DNA of 64,000 nt, from positions 1 through 64,000 of the forward strand of contig RSEE01000140.1 of assembly GCA_003971905.1 (NCBI GenBank), written 5' to 3'. Position 1 is the stretch's first letter. Each line of letters starts with the position of its first letter. This document shows, one piece after another, positions 1-13,017 of the stretch. The notes beneath the pieces are model-generated. The model saw nothing but the letters and a program-made list of their open reading frames with translations. It did no database searches and had not been told where the DNA came from. The translations under genes were made by a program, and so were the position numbers. Source of the stretch: Moniliella sp. 'wahieum'. Its lineage: Eukaryota.

Positions 1-140
1 ACCTGGCACCGCACCTAGACCTGGAGGCTGGTTCGGGAGCTGTTCCTTTGCCCTTGTCCGTGCCACTGGGGCACCCCCCAGGAGCACAGCACCCCTATTT
101 GGTTCGGCCTCTGAGTTCACCTGGGAACTGACACGCCGGC

Positions 141-1061
141 GTGGCATCCGAGTGCACCCAGTGCATCCGCACGTCTCTCGTGTCGACTGGGGCTGGTGCG
201 CATCCTGCGCCACCTCCTACGGCGCCCACCTCATCGTCTTTCTCGCGACTGCTTCTACTTCTACCTTCTACCTCTACATCTGCCTCTACTTCTACATTTG
301 GGCCAACGTCATCTTCTTTCGCATCTGTACCTGGGTCTGCATCTGGGCCTGGGCCTGGGTCGGGCCTGGGTCCGGGTCCGCACCTTCCTCTGGACCTGTT
401 CCGCGCGTGTGCAAATTTTTACCTGGCGGGCGACTGTCGTCGAGCGGACTGTCGGTTCAGCCATGATCGTTCGCGTGCGGTGTGCAAGTACTTTGTTCGT
501 GGGGACTGTTGGAACGAGCAATGTGGGTTTTTGTGCACCAGCCGTTGGTGGGACCAGAGGGACGGAAGAGTTTCCTTCGCTTGCACTGGGCTTGGCTCGT
601 GCCACTCCGCGATCACGACACGACGATCGTCGTCCGCACCTCCCCCCAACGTCCATGTCAACCCTCAACGTCGGCAACGCCGGCAACGTCCGTGTCGTCG
701 GCGGCGTCGACGCGGGTGGGTACGTGTCGGCTGCCTCGTCCAAACGGTCGCGTCGGCTGGCAGCAGGCCGAGCTGACGCACCGATCGTCGTGGGTAGGCA
801 GGACGAAGGAAGAGGCGGGCAAGAGTGCAAGTGAGAAACGATGAAGATGACCAGGACGATGACGAGGACCAGGACGATGACGAGGACCAGGACGAGGACC
901 AGGACAAGGACCAGGACGAGGACCAGGACAAGGACAAGCTGAGGCGAATGCACTTGCGGGGAAAGGTCTGGGTCGGTTGGGCTCCGTTATTGGATGTTGG
1001 CTTTTGCTTTCGGGGTAGTATGAAGCTAGAAGCTATGCGCTTGAAGCTTGAAGCTGAATGA
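141..1061 (+). CDS. Tandem CCCH zinc-finger protein with acidic tail (probably 5'-partial, frameshifted)
   Basis: CANFYLAGDCRRADCRFSH and CKYFVRGDCWNEQCGF(V)H, where the second His needs a 1-nt shift near 530; followed by a DQDE-rich tail at 847-938. Confidence 0.6.
847..938 (+). repeat. Degenerate GACCAGGACGAG-type coding repeat (DQDE)
   Basis: Repeats read directly from the sequence. Confidence 0.85.
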
Positions 1062-1703
1062 AGCTTGAAGCTGGGAAGGTCGACCCGGCTCGGGGACGTG
1101 CAGCTGGTATGGACATTGTAGACGGGAAAGGCAAGGGCAAAAAGCAGAGCAAAGGGAGGGGGGGGGGGGGGCGAATGAATAGGAATCCCGTAAATGAGTT
1201 GCATAGGAGAAGGAAATGTACTAGCGACCAGGATAACGTTTGTCTTCAAGCTTCAAGTGAAGCTTCACTGTCCAACTACCGTGGACAGAGGGACGACGTG
1301 AAGTGGACAAGCAGTGAACAAGTGAACAAGCGAACAAGTGAACAAGCAGCGAGTAAGTGGGCACGATGTGAACCTGAGGTGGACATCACGTGGACGACAA
1401 GCCTGGTGGCTCAGCAAGCCAAACCAAGGTCCGGAAACAAAGGGAAAGGGACCAACACCACCGATGCAACCCCACCCAAAACAAGTCAAATGACTAGTGA
1501 TTGGTGATTGATCAGTCCCTGTAGCGAACCTTCCATCCTCCATCCTTCATCCCCTATCTCATCCTCCTCAATACCGCAGCAAGGTCATGGGACCCAACCA
1601 CAGCCGGGGACGAAGAAGCAAAGGCAAAAAAGGACGAGGTGGGACATGGCAAAACCACCGCACCTAGTCCTAGTCATCGTCACGCAACCGCGTGCCTTTG
1701 GTA

Positions 1704-4068
1704 TTAGACCGACCAATCGTCCGCTCGGGGCCAAACGTGTGAACAACGTGGAGGATGTAGTCGCCACTTGCGCCGGGGAAGAAGAAGGTCGAAGGCAAAG
1801 GCGGAAGATCTTCGCCATTGCTCGTTCCGCGGCGACACGAGCAATTGGGCCGTCTGTCCCGCGGGGGAAGGAGTAAGATGGGATCAGGACTGGGTGTAGG
1901 GGCAGGGACCCAACTGGCATGTGCTAACAAGCCTGCGCGGTCATCCAGTGCCAAACTGGTTCGGCCCTCGGCCCCAGGCGCAGGAACAGTTCGCGCCAGG
2001 GAGCCGGGCTGTGGGTGTCAGCGAAGGGGATAACGTCCATTGGCGAGATAAGCCCCATGGACTGGGACTTGGACCACGTTCGGCCGGAGGGTGGGCAGCC
2101 AAGGCCCAAACGGAACGGGCGTCTCGCTGGTCTCGTCCGTTTCGGCCCGGAGACTGTGTCGCGCACGACTGGGACTCGTTGGTGAAAGTGCAGTCCGGCG
2201 GGGGAGAAGGAAGGACAAGCGAGGTACTGTCGGACAGATGACTGGTGGGACGGAACCCAGGAGCGGAGAAGCAAATGCAGATGTGCCGTACTCGTCAACG
2301 CTTTCCAGTGTGCTCGGCCCCGGGCCAGTCCGTCGTTACGTTGGTTCGCAAGTGAGGGGCTAGGGGGGAGGGGAGAGCAAGCCAGGACTAGTGCATCAAG
2401 CGACGAGCGCGCTTCAAAGTCAGTCCAGATCCGAGGTATGCAGTCCACGTGGACCGCGCCCAGCCACCAAAACGGCCGGTTGGTCCACCCCTTCCTCCGC
2501 TCCTTCTCCTCATCGTCAAACGTTGCCCAAGGAGCAAACCGTCGAGGCTTGGGCGCAACAGGTTGCGGCGCAGGACGCAAGTCCCGCGTTTCCGTCTCGT
2601 CTTGTGCTGCACTTGGCTTGCGACCCGAGGAGGAACGGTGGATCTGAACGGTCACCACACCCGCTAGGACGGCACGCTGGTGGTCGTTCAATTCGGGGTC
2701 TGTTGTACCAGCTCATCGGGCACCTCGGTAATGGTCGAAGGAGGGTGAGCATGGCCATCGCGCTGCAACAACTTCCCGGCCCATCCGCCCATTGCGGCCC
2801 GAGCTCCATAGCCGCATCACGGAACGTGCCCAAGGCCGATGCACCCGTAGCTGCGGCGGGGGCATCATACTCCGCGCCTGCTTCCGAGCTGGGAGCCGAG
2901 CTGGAGGCCGAGGCCGAGGCAATGGCAGTGGTAGGAGTAGGAGTGGGTTCCTCCGCAGCGAATGTGGATCCAGCAAGGTCGTCGGTACTGTCCTTGGTGC
3001 CCTTGAGCTCTTTGGCCTTGGTGATCTCCTTGGCTGGTTTGGCTTGTTTGACCTGCTTGGCCTCCTTGCTAGTTACCTCGTCCTTGTTCTCGTCCTTGTC
3101 TCCGCCCAACAGACGGGCACGCACACCGCCCACGTTCCCCAATGCCCACGCCAGCCAACCGTGGTCACGCCTGAATTGACCGAGCGTCCGCGCCGGAGGA
3201 AAGCGGTCATGGCCGCGCGCGTCTTGGGTACTGTGGTTTCTTCTCTTGGGACCCGCCTCTTCCTTGTGGGTCATTTCTTCTTCTTGTGTCGAGAGCGGGC
3301 GAACAGGTGCCCCCTCGGCGCCGAGTCGTGCGAGCGTCGGGATCGGTCGAAGCGGTAGATTCAGTCCGATCCACCCCATTGCTCCCGCCTCCGCTCCATG
3401 CGCCCGATACAGAGGAAGAGCGGGCATGCGAGTCGTCGCTAGCCCGGCCCAGCTCGGCTGCACTCGAGTGAGAACGAGAATAAGTGCCGCTTCGGCGGAG
3501 CGACAGCATCCGATCCGAGACCAGAGCAGGACCACTGTTCCCGCCTACTGCCGGACTGGTGCGACCACCGAGGCTGTTGGCCAAGGCGGGGCTTCACCTG
3601 TGGGCACAGTCGTTGGCGGAGCAGGTGCCACCTTGCGCGTGCGAGAGGGAGGGGCGGAGGGGGCGGCGGGCGGGCGCGTGCGGTAGGAGGCGGTGGCGGC
3701 GGGGCGGGGCGGACGACTTCCCAGGTCGGCGACGGGGCAGAGGAGCGAGGGAGGAGCGCGGGAGGAGGTGAGGACGTGGCAGTCGGCCTGCCATGGCCAG
3801 TTCTGTGCGAGAGGGTGCATGGCAGCGGCGATGGAGGCGGCCCAGTGGGGATGGAGCGGGCAAGGGCGCGGGCGGTGAGGAGGTCAGAGGCGCCGTCGGC
3901 GCTGGTGGCCGCAGTGAGCTCGGCGGTAGGTGGTCTGGGCCTGGCGAGGGCGGCGTGGGTGGAGGAGAGGCAGCCGACGGCGTCGTGGGCGGCGGGGTCG
4001 TTGCGGACATGCAGGGCGGCGAGGGCAGCGCCCAGGGCAGCGACGGGGTCGCCGAGCACGACGGCCAT
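1704..4068 (-). CDS. Hypothetical low-complexity protein (several frameshifts)
   Basis: Chain of overlapping minus-strand ORFs starting MAVVLGDPVAALGAALAAL and including a KEAKQVKQAKPAKE segment; no family recognised; ends uncertain. Confidence 0.4.
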
Positions 4069-5255
4069 GGCGAGCGGCGGGGAGATGGAGGACGCAAGGC
4101 AGGCAGGCGGTCGGACCAGGGATTGAACGTTGAAAGCAGCGGCCCTCGTAGACCATCCCATTAATCAGGCACGCAGTACGCAGTAGGGTTGCCTCCACCG
4201 GACCCCGCGGAGCAGTTACTTCATAGCCCCCACGGGCCCTGACGTACACCGCCCGCAGCGCCCCGCCCGTGCGCTCCGTGGCCACACCATAGGGAGGACT
4301 ACAGGGGAAAGGGGGGTCATCATGCGGACCAGGCAAGGATGCCGTGGGAAGTACGTGCCTCCCGTGAAACGCGGCCATCGCGATGCAACAGTACACAAGC
4401 CTTCGCCGGATGCGCACCTGACATCGTATAGGAGCCTTCCTATATTTTTTCCCGCTATAGTGCAAGCGTTTGGCCATATAATGCCCAGCCGGGGAATGAC
4501 GTGAAGCTTCCTCCTGTGCACGCGGTCGCTGTCGTATGCAACAAGGTGGTGTGCTGTCGTTTGTCGTTTGGGGCACTGGGCGCAGATGAACGGGTCTTCC
4601 TGGACTATATACCACTGGGAGAGGGGCTGCTAACCTACTGATACAAGGCAGTGTTGTGCCGATACAACTAGGTGTTATACCGGCGACCAAAAGTCCCACT
4701 CTGGGTGCGCGAATTGAGGGGGAGCAGCTGAAAACAGCTGTTGCTCCATCCCAGATGGTCTGTGAGACGAACGCCAACCGTGCCCCGAGACGCCCAACAT
4801 CGTTGCGATCCCTTGGCAAATGCGATGCGAAAAACTTACATGTCATCATGCAGTTAAGAAGCTGGGCGACGGGGAAGATGGAACAGAAGAGTCTCAGGGG
4901 AGGTAGGATTCATCGCCCGCGTCATGCCCACCGTTATCCTGCTGTTCACTCACGCTATACAGTCGGTTTGGAAACGAATGGATGAGCCAGAATGTGTATT
5001 TTTGACTTGCTGAGACAGCATGATTGGCCTTCTCACTGGGTGGGCACGAGCTGCCACTCACCCTCAGAGAAGCCAGCCGCGACGGCGCACCATTCCCTGT
5101 TGGTGCTCAAGTGTGGAAGGTTGGACAAAGGAGCTGATGATATGGATTTCGTTCGCTGGCCCATGCCCATCCCTATCTACCGGGCCTGGAGAATGCCTGT
5201 CTGTGGGCCTGAGGGGAGGAAGGACGACCGAGGTGGTGGTTTGATGGTACCTTCT

Positions 5256-5592
5256 CCCATCTCCATCTCTCTCCATCTCCATCTCCATCTCCATCTCCAT
5301 CTCCATCTCCATCTCCATCCATCTCCATCTCCTCTCCATCTCCATCTCCATCTCCCTCTCCATCTCCATCTCCATCCATCTCCATCTCCATCTCATCTCC
5401 ATCTCCATCTCCATCTCCATCTCCATCTCCATCTCCATCTCCATCTCATCTCCATCTCCATCCCATCTCTCCATCTCCATCTCCATCTCCATCTCTCTCC
5501 ATCTCCATCTCCATCTCCATCTCCATCTCCATCTCCATCTCCATCTCCATCTCTCATCTCCATCTCTCCATCTCCATCACCATCTCCACTCC
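5256..5592. repeat. (TCTCCA)n microsatellite, about 340 bp, just downstream of the DUS2 stop
   Basis: Hexamer tandem array visible directly. Confidence 0.95.
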
Positions 5593-5648
5593 CCATTCTC
5601 CTTACCTTTCTTGTTCCCCTTACCATCCTAGGTCCACAGTAGATGGGT

Positions 5649-7342
5649 TTAGGCGGGCGGAGGCGAGGGTTCCAAAGGGACGACACGCTCAGACGCAGCC
5701 GCCGCCGGCGCAACATTTACCGCTACCTCTGCCACCTCCTCCGCCGCCTCAGCCACCCCGGCCGCACCTCTTCCTCCGCGGCCGGCGCAGGGGCCGAGGT
5801 TGTGGCGTGTTGGGCGCTGCGTCCTCCAGTGCCAAGGTAGCCCGATGATGGGGTGGTTTGGCGCGCAGGACGTGAGCAGGGGAGCCAGTGCCTGTTCGGG
5901 CGTCTGGGCGAGCAAAGCGGGCAAATCTTCCACCCCGGCCAAGCGAGCAAAATCGTCGGGTTGTTTGCACTGTGCCAAGGCCTGGGCTGCTTGGTTGGCG
6001 TCAGCGCGGGATAAGGGATGTTCCTCTGCGTAGGGGAGGGAGAAGATGGGTTCAGAGCGAGCGCTTTGCTCGCATTGGCGTCGGCGCGGTTCAAGCGAGG
6101 TCGTAGTGTAGCGGAGGACAAGATCCATTTCGTGTTGCCGATGGGGTTGCGGAGCCAGAGTGCGTACCGGATAGCTTGGGGCCAAATTTTGTGGAGCACG
6201 CTCTGAGCTTGTGGGGCAAAGGCGGAAGGGTTAGCTTCAGCGCCGCGAGCGAGCATTGCACTTGTCACGCCTGTTTGGGCCATGAGCCGCTCAGCTTCGG
6301 TACGGTCCCATGCATCGCCATTGATCACTACGGCTACACGACCGTGACTGGCTTGTCGAATGGCGTTGACCACGTCGGCAAGCGATCGGGCAAAGCCGGT
6401 TCCCGAGGTCGCATTTCCTTCGTCCGACAATGCACTGTAATTGCATCAACGGTGCCACTGGCAACGATGGTACGTACCAGCGCCAACGTTTCCTCTTGCG
6501 AGGGCAAAAGACGGATCTTGCAACTGACCGAAACGTGCGGCGGGGCGGCTTTGCGCATGGCACGTAAGATGGCAACCAGCAACTCGGGTTGGGTCAGCAA
6601 GTTGCTTCCCATACCTCCCAGTGTCGAGAAAGGTTTGGGACAGCCACAGTTCAGGTCGACACCAGCCACGTCGTTGGCGACCTTTTGGATGGCAAGGTAG
6701 GCGATCGAAGGATGGGCCGAGCCAAGTTGAAAAATCACTCGCTCCTTCTCAACGGGTGGTGGAGAAGACGACCGTCTCCTCAACAGCTTTGCCATCGCGC
6801 GTAATGTAACTGACGAGACCAGTGTGCTGAGGCGCAACAAGACGGTCAGCAGCACATTCCATCCCGTTTCACTTTTGTCAATGCCAACGATCACAACGGC
6901 GGGGGCAAGGGGGCAAGGGGGAAGACATACGATCCACCACGCGTTCCGCGCTGAGCATTGCGCGGTCCACGACCTCGGGGGTCCAGACCAAATCGGCGCC
7001 ATACTGGAGCGCGAGGAGGCGGTTGACCACTGTACCAGATCGGACCATGGGAGCGAGGAAGAGGCCCCTACCAAAGTCGAGGGGCGAAGTGGAGATAGGC
7101 AAAGGGATATCGGGCACGTCGGTAATACCATTCGCATCCATCCAGGCTTGTTGGCGCGCCGCCGCATGCAACGCTTTTTCTTCGGCTGTTCGAGTGGGCG
7201 CAGGTGGGGTGCCTGGGGCTTTGACGTTGGCGTTGGCGTTGGCGTTGGCCTTGACCTTCTTGGTGGTGCCCGCTCCTGCACCGGCGGGGGGGGAGGCAGA
7301 GCGCATCCGTTTCTCTCCGTTTGTGGAGGTTGAGAGTGCCAT
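5649..7342 (-). CDS. DUS2: tRNA-dihydrouridine synthase, Dus2/Smm1-like (one intron, about 6820-6930)
   Basis: Motifs LAPMVRSG, YGADLVWTPEVVD, IFQLGSA, GVDLNCGCPKPFSTLGGMG, SCKIRLL, ITVHCRT, VINGD, MLARGAEANPSAF. Confidence 0.9.
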
Positions 7343-8369
7343 GGTGGTGCCGAGGGAAACTTGGATGGGGCGGGGGCGCGTGACGGCAGAAACGTGTCGC
7401 AAGAAGAGGGAGGCCGAGGAGGAGGACGGGACGAGGTGAACATGGGCTGCACCCGCCGCGCTGGGGTGAGAAAGGAGAAGGTGAAAGTGAAGGTGAAGGG
7501 AAAGGTGAAGGTTTAACCCAAGCCTGACCAAGCTACACTTCACCTGGGATGTCCGTTGGACGATGCGCGGTGGACGTTGGGTGTTGGTACAGCAGAGGAA
7601 ACCAAAGGGGCGGCAGGTGGGAAACCTAGGTCGGTCCAGACAGAGTCGATGAGCGCGGTCGCACCTACGATTCGATGCATGATGCCCTGTGCATGATGCA
7701 CAAAAAAAAAAAAAAAACGAAACACTAGGCCGTCGCCACCTTCGGCTTCCACGCCATGCTAACCGACCTTACTCTATATATTGTACCCACCGTCCTCCTC
7801 ACCACTGCATCGGCTAACGAGTAAGGGAGGGTGAGCGTTCACTTCGTTTGAACGTTGAGCATAGATGGTGGATGAGTACGGGTTACGCGTTTCGGGGTAC
7901 GTGTTACATGTTACGAGGCTGATTCGGGCCAGATCACAAATATTCGGGACGGGTTAAATGATGTATGGAAAGAGCGGGAGAACGAGGGATGCAAGAACAT
8001 GACGATTGATGAAAACAAACGAGATGGGGGGGTGGGCCAAGAGGATGCAAACTAGAACAAGGGAAAGAACGCCAAAGCCAATGCCAATGCATGCCCAAGA
8101 GGAGCGTGAGGGAACCAACCGCAAGCGGCTCGGACGGGCCACAGGCTCCTGACCGGTTGCCATGTAGGAAATCTCATGCGGGGAGTAGAGAATGCCGATC
8201 TCTTTTTGGGGACAAGGAAGTGCGTGCGTGCGTGTGGTGTGGGAGGGGGGGGGGGAGGGGGGAAGGAGGGTGGAGTCCATAACAACAAAAAAAGAAGATT
8301 GATAAACGAAGAACATGGTGGGAAAGACAAAAAGATGTACGAGTGTGGTACGGGCAGACCCGGAGTGGA

Positions 8370-9468
8370 TTACTGGTATCCCCTTCGACCAGAGGGGTAT
8401 TGTCTCCCCTCGTCGGACACTTGCTCAGGCTGGTACGAGGTGTAGGCGTACGCATAACCTTCCTCCGAGCTGGAACCCGGGGTGGGCATGTCGCGGTAGG
8501 GCGGGGCGGTATTCTGGGCAGATGCGCGGGCGCGGTTACGATTGGATCGCTGCGACCGAGAGCGAGCAGCCAAGCGCGCCGAGTTGGCCCGGCCCAACTC
8601 AACTTCAGGTTCGTCGGGCTCGTAAGAGCGACTGTAGCGCAGCGAGTTGCCCCTCCCGATCGACTGGACCCGCCTCATGTTGTTTGTGCCATGGGGTGCT
8701 TCGTCGGTGCTATGGAAGGTGGAGTTGGTGGTGGTGGATCGTTGGGACGGACCACGGTGGGAAGCGCCCCGGCACCCACACCCGGACCGTAGCGGGAAGA
8801 ACGACGGGGGTCACGCACGGCCGGAGGCGACCATCGGGACCATAGGACATGCGTGTCTTGTCTGGGTGCGAAACAAGGTCATGGTAGACGGCATGGCGGT
8901 TAGTAATCAATGGGAAGGGAAAAAAAGGAGGACGGAGACATACTTCTAGGGCCGACGGGCGGGATGGAGGGAAGGAGGGGAGCAACGATGTTTTGGCTGC
9001 TGGATGCAGCGGAAGCCGAGGGGGAGGAGAACGCGTACGGAGGCTGGAGCAAGCTCGCGTAGGATCCTGGCTTGAGCTGGGAGCGTGGGGAGAGATGCTT
9101 TTCGCCAAAGGGCGAGGCGGCGCCGAGGGGTTGGCTCATGGCAGGACCGGACTGGGAGGCGGGGGCAGAGGCACGCTGGAAGGGCAAGGTGGCTTCGGTG
9201 ATGGGGGCGTTGGTGCGGGCCAGGAGGCGGCTGAGGGCGACGAGCGCAGCAAACACAAAGAGCAGGCCGAGGAGGAGAGCGACAATGAAGATGAGGTTGA
9301 TGCCGGAGCGGCCGTCCCAGGTCCAAACGCGGGAGCCATGGACCTTGTGGGTGTAGGCAACATAGTCGCTGCCTGTGGCGGAGGGGCGGAGGAGGGGCTG
9401 GAGGCGGCGCTGATGAGGGTGGAGGATACCGAGGCGGGTGCGCGGCCTACAAGCGGCGGCTGCGGCAT
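8370..9468 (-). CDS. Hypothetical single-pass membrane protein (likely intron about 8870-8945)
   Basis: Hydrophobic INLIFIVALLLGLLFVFAALVAL followed by a Ser/Pro/Arg-rich tail ending GRRGYQ*; start uncertain. Confidence 0.5.
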
Positions 9469-12400
9469 GGGGAGGGCGGGCATGGGAGAGGGGCGGAGGG
9501 AGAGAAGAGAAGAGAAGAGGAGACGAGGAAAAAGAAAGCCGAAGAGTTAAGGCCCTTGAAGGCAAGGCAGTGCGGTGGGGGCAATTGCTGTGCCGGCCAA
9601 GAGCATGGCTGCCCGCAGCTGCAGCGCAACCCTACCCCCCACGGCGCCCCTGCGTGGCCGCGGTGGGCCGAACAAGCAGGGCGGCGTGCTGCCCCCCTGC
9701 CTTGCTCCCCGCTTGTCCCGCCCGCCGGCGGCGTGCACGGGGGCACAGCGCGCTGCACCCTGGCCACACAGCCTCTGGCCATGTGCCAGCGTGGCGCAGG
9801 ACGAGCGTGGGGGGAATCGGCCGATCGCCACCTGGCCAGCACTTGCGACGCACCCAGCCCACGCCGCACCAACCGGCGGCGCCAGCCTCCAGCAACTCCA
9901 ACACGCCGCGGCGCCCGCACCCCGCCACTGGCCACGCCGGGTCCGCAGCAGACTGGTGTGCTGCGGGCCGTGGACAGAGCGAGTGTGGCGGCGGGCAGGC
10001 AGGGCGTCGCAGTCCCCCCTCGCCCCACGCAGCTGCAATGCGCTCAGGCTGAGCGCTCGGGCGGAGCGCTGATGCGCTGGTGCATGATGCGTGCGTTGAA
10101 TGCCCCTTGTTTTTTGCCGATCGGCATGCGTACCTTGTGGGGGCCAGCGCGGGGGCAGTGTGCTGCGCTTTGTGCCCTGCGCAGCCAGCGCAGCACCCCC
10201 TGTGCCGATCGGTCGGGCTGGCTGAAGGGCTGAGCGTTCAGGCTGAACCGCTGAAGCGTGCAGCAGCCTCGTAAATAAAGTGACCAGTGACCTAGTGACC
10301 CCGGTAGGCAGGCTAGTGCCCGGGCGCATCGATCCAGTTGGCCCGGGCGAGCGGTGGGCAGCATGCTGCTTGCTCGCGAAATCATGCTTTCGCATGTGCT
10401 CGCCTCCACAACAATCTTGCGTCCACCTGGGTCATCAGCACGTCATCAGCATTATCATCGTCATCGCCACAGGCGTTGGCCTCAGCCTCAGCCTCAGCCT
10501 CATCCACTCATCCACGCGAACTCCTCCGCCTCGTCGATCATCGACCTCATCCACCCTCCCGTGCCTCCCACGATTGGCGCCGCTGACTGGCAGATCAAAC
10601 AAATCGACAGGTCCTGGGGAGCGATTAGTTCCAGTTACCACACGCTTCTCACCACACACTTCCTATGTGGGTTTTGTCTTCGCCACTGCATTTGTGGAGA
10701 GCACTGTGGTACAAGCTTCGGCTTTCGATCCCTCAGGCCTGCGCCGCGCGAGGCACACCCTGGCACATCACTCATCACTGTGCGGCACATCCTTGAATTG
10801 TCCATGCGAATGACACACAGATTGGCCTCAACACCTCGCCACAGTACTCTCCGAACCGCTCAATTCACTACAGCCACGGCGGTACTGCCGACGCTGTAGA
10901 ACCAAGTGGTGGCAATTTGGCATTTGTAGTTTGAAGCATGCGGCATGTGTGACATGCTATGTGCATGGGAAGTTGTGAAGCTTGAAGAGTTGACCGACAA
11001 GCCGGTGACCCGGTGACGCCGGAACTCCAGCACACACTACGCCCATCGGGCCCAGGCAGACCGACAGGGGCCAGCCCGGCCAGCCTATACTTGGGCACAA
11101 TGCTCAGGCTGAGCAACGCAGACGAGGAGAGGGAGGGTTAGGGCACTGGGCACTCCAGGACGCATCCTGCTACGTTCGATGTTGATCCGCCACTTAGTCA
11201 CCTGACCCTTGGGTTGCGGAATACCGCATACCCCCGGATACTGCTGGTACAGTTGCTAGGTACTGCGTACGAATTGCTGGTGGGCTCCATTGCGCCCAAT
11301 ACCAATGCCTTCTGAATCGGATCTCAGATCTCAGATTCCAGGCCGGACTTGGGCGTCCGTTGACGGCGTGGACGCTGACGGTCTGCGGTCTGCGCTCAAC
11401 ATGTCAATCCGGCCTTTGCGCCGCTGTACCCATCTCCCCCACCGGGGTTCTGGCCTCCGAGGAGAGGCTGTGGCGCCACCCTGGTGTAGTGGTGGCGGTA
11501 CCCCAAGCGCAGATTCCTTCGGTGCGTTCCCTTCAAATATTCCTTGCTGGAGGACAGAGGAATATTCTCTCTCTAGCCTCTCTGTGTATACAGCTCGTGT
11601 ACAACGCAACCCACACTGGTAACTGCCTCAACCCCAACTGCCTGCTCTCTGGCCTTTTGCAGTGCCAGATGGAAATACAATCACTCGAATACCCGCAACA
11701 CCCCCTGAAATCAAGATCCCCGTAGCCCAGCTTAGATCCCCACAAACGCGCAACGCCCCCCATCTCTGCTTCGCAAGAAGAGGGCGTTTCTTTTTCGTTT
11801 GAGCAAAGCCAGGCAGCTCAGCGACGCTGACTAGGCTGACTCGACGGTCAACGTTCAACGTTCAACGTTTGAGTTGAACGCTGGGGGGCTACATCGGCTT
11901 ACGTACGTCGACGACGCTTGGGTCGGCCGCCGCAGCGGAGACACGCAAGGCCGCCCCGGCGCTCAGTCCGAGGAGGGGAAGGAAGCGGGGAGGGAAGTCC
12001 TATATCCTAGCTACTAGTTCTGAGAAGGGGTCGATGATGCATGATGTTGAATGGATGATGGACGGTGCAATGATGCATGATGCATGATGCATGATGTCAG
12101 AGAAAAACGTCATCGAGGTCCACTCGATCATCGATCATCGATCATCGATCATCGTGACTCCCCACGTTCTGCTGCCCCAGCACCAGCCTCAGCCTCAGCC
12201 CCACACCTCCCAAACACGTTTGGTGCTGGGGCAGGATATAGGAGTGGGTAGCTGGGCCCGGGATGGTCGATAGTCGATGGTCGGTCGAAGGCATGGGAGA
12301 TGGCATGGGAGATGGCTTGGGACGGCAGTGGGCGCTCTGCTCGTCGGCCGATGGGGAGGGAAGGCTGGGGCGTAAGCAAAGTGTCTTGTAAGATCTAAAC

Positions 12401-13017
12401 CCCAGGTGTGGCAGGCTGTGGCTGGTCTGCTGCATCATGCATCATGCATCGTGATGCATGGTATCACATCTGCCATCTCATCCATCTCATCGATCACCCA
12501 TCCCACCTCCCGCCGCCCCCCGGTCCCCAGCCACGCAGCCACCCAGTCCGATCGAGCGCGCGCGCCGTAGCCCTCATTCGGCCGGCGCACGGACCGCGCT
12601 CTGTCCAGCGTTCAGCTCACCCGCTCAGCAGCGCTCCGCGAGCGCTGGGCACGTCACATGTCCGCACCCCAGCGCCCAGCAGTCCCCGTCCTGCGACATG
12701 TGACCTCGCCGGCCGACAGTGGTACCGCGCCAGGACGGAAGCGAAGCTGCTGGGAACGGGAACGGTGCGATGGGGCAGCTGGGGCACTTTTGAACCAGGG
12801 ACAGGGCCTGGGAAGAAGCCTGGCGCTCGCCCCATCCGCTGCGCTTGAGAACTAGATTCTCGCGCTTGACTTCAAGCTTGAAGCTTGAAGCTTCAATTCA
12901 AGCTAGCTCTGCCCAACTTGTTTTCCTGCCTCGTGTGCGCTGGTCACCGTGACTCTTCTTCTCTTCTCCTCTCCACGACCGCTCCCACCACTTTCGCTGG
13001 CGACGCGCATCCCAACC

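Noticed and set aside
4992..5716. ORFs with poly-LH, ME, DG or RW tracts
   Set aside because: Translations of the (TCTCCA)n microsatellite
9560..12850. Many overlapping GC-rich ORFs
   Set aside because: No coherent frame or domain; looks like a long divergent promoter region with simple repeats
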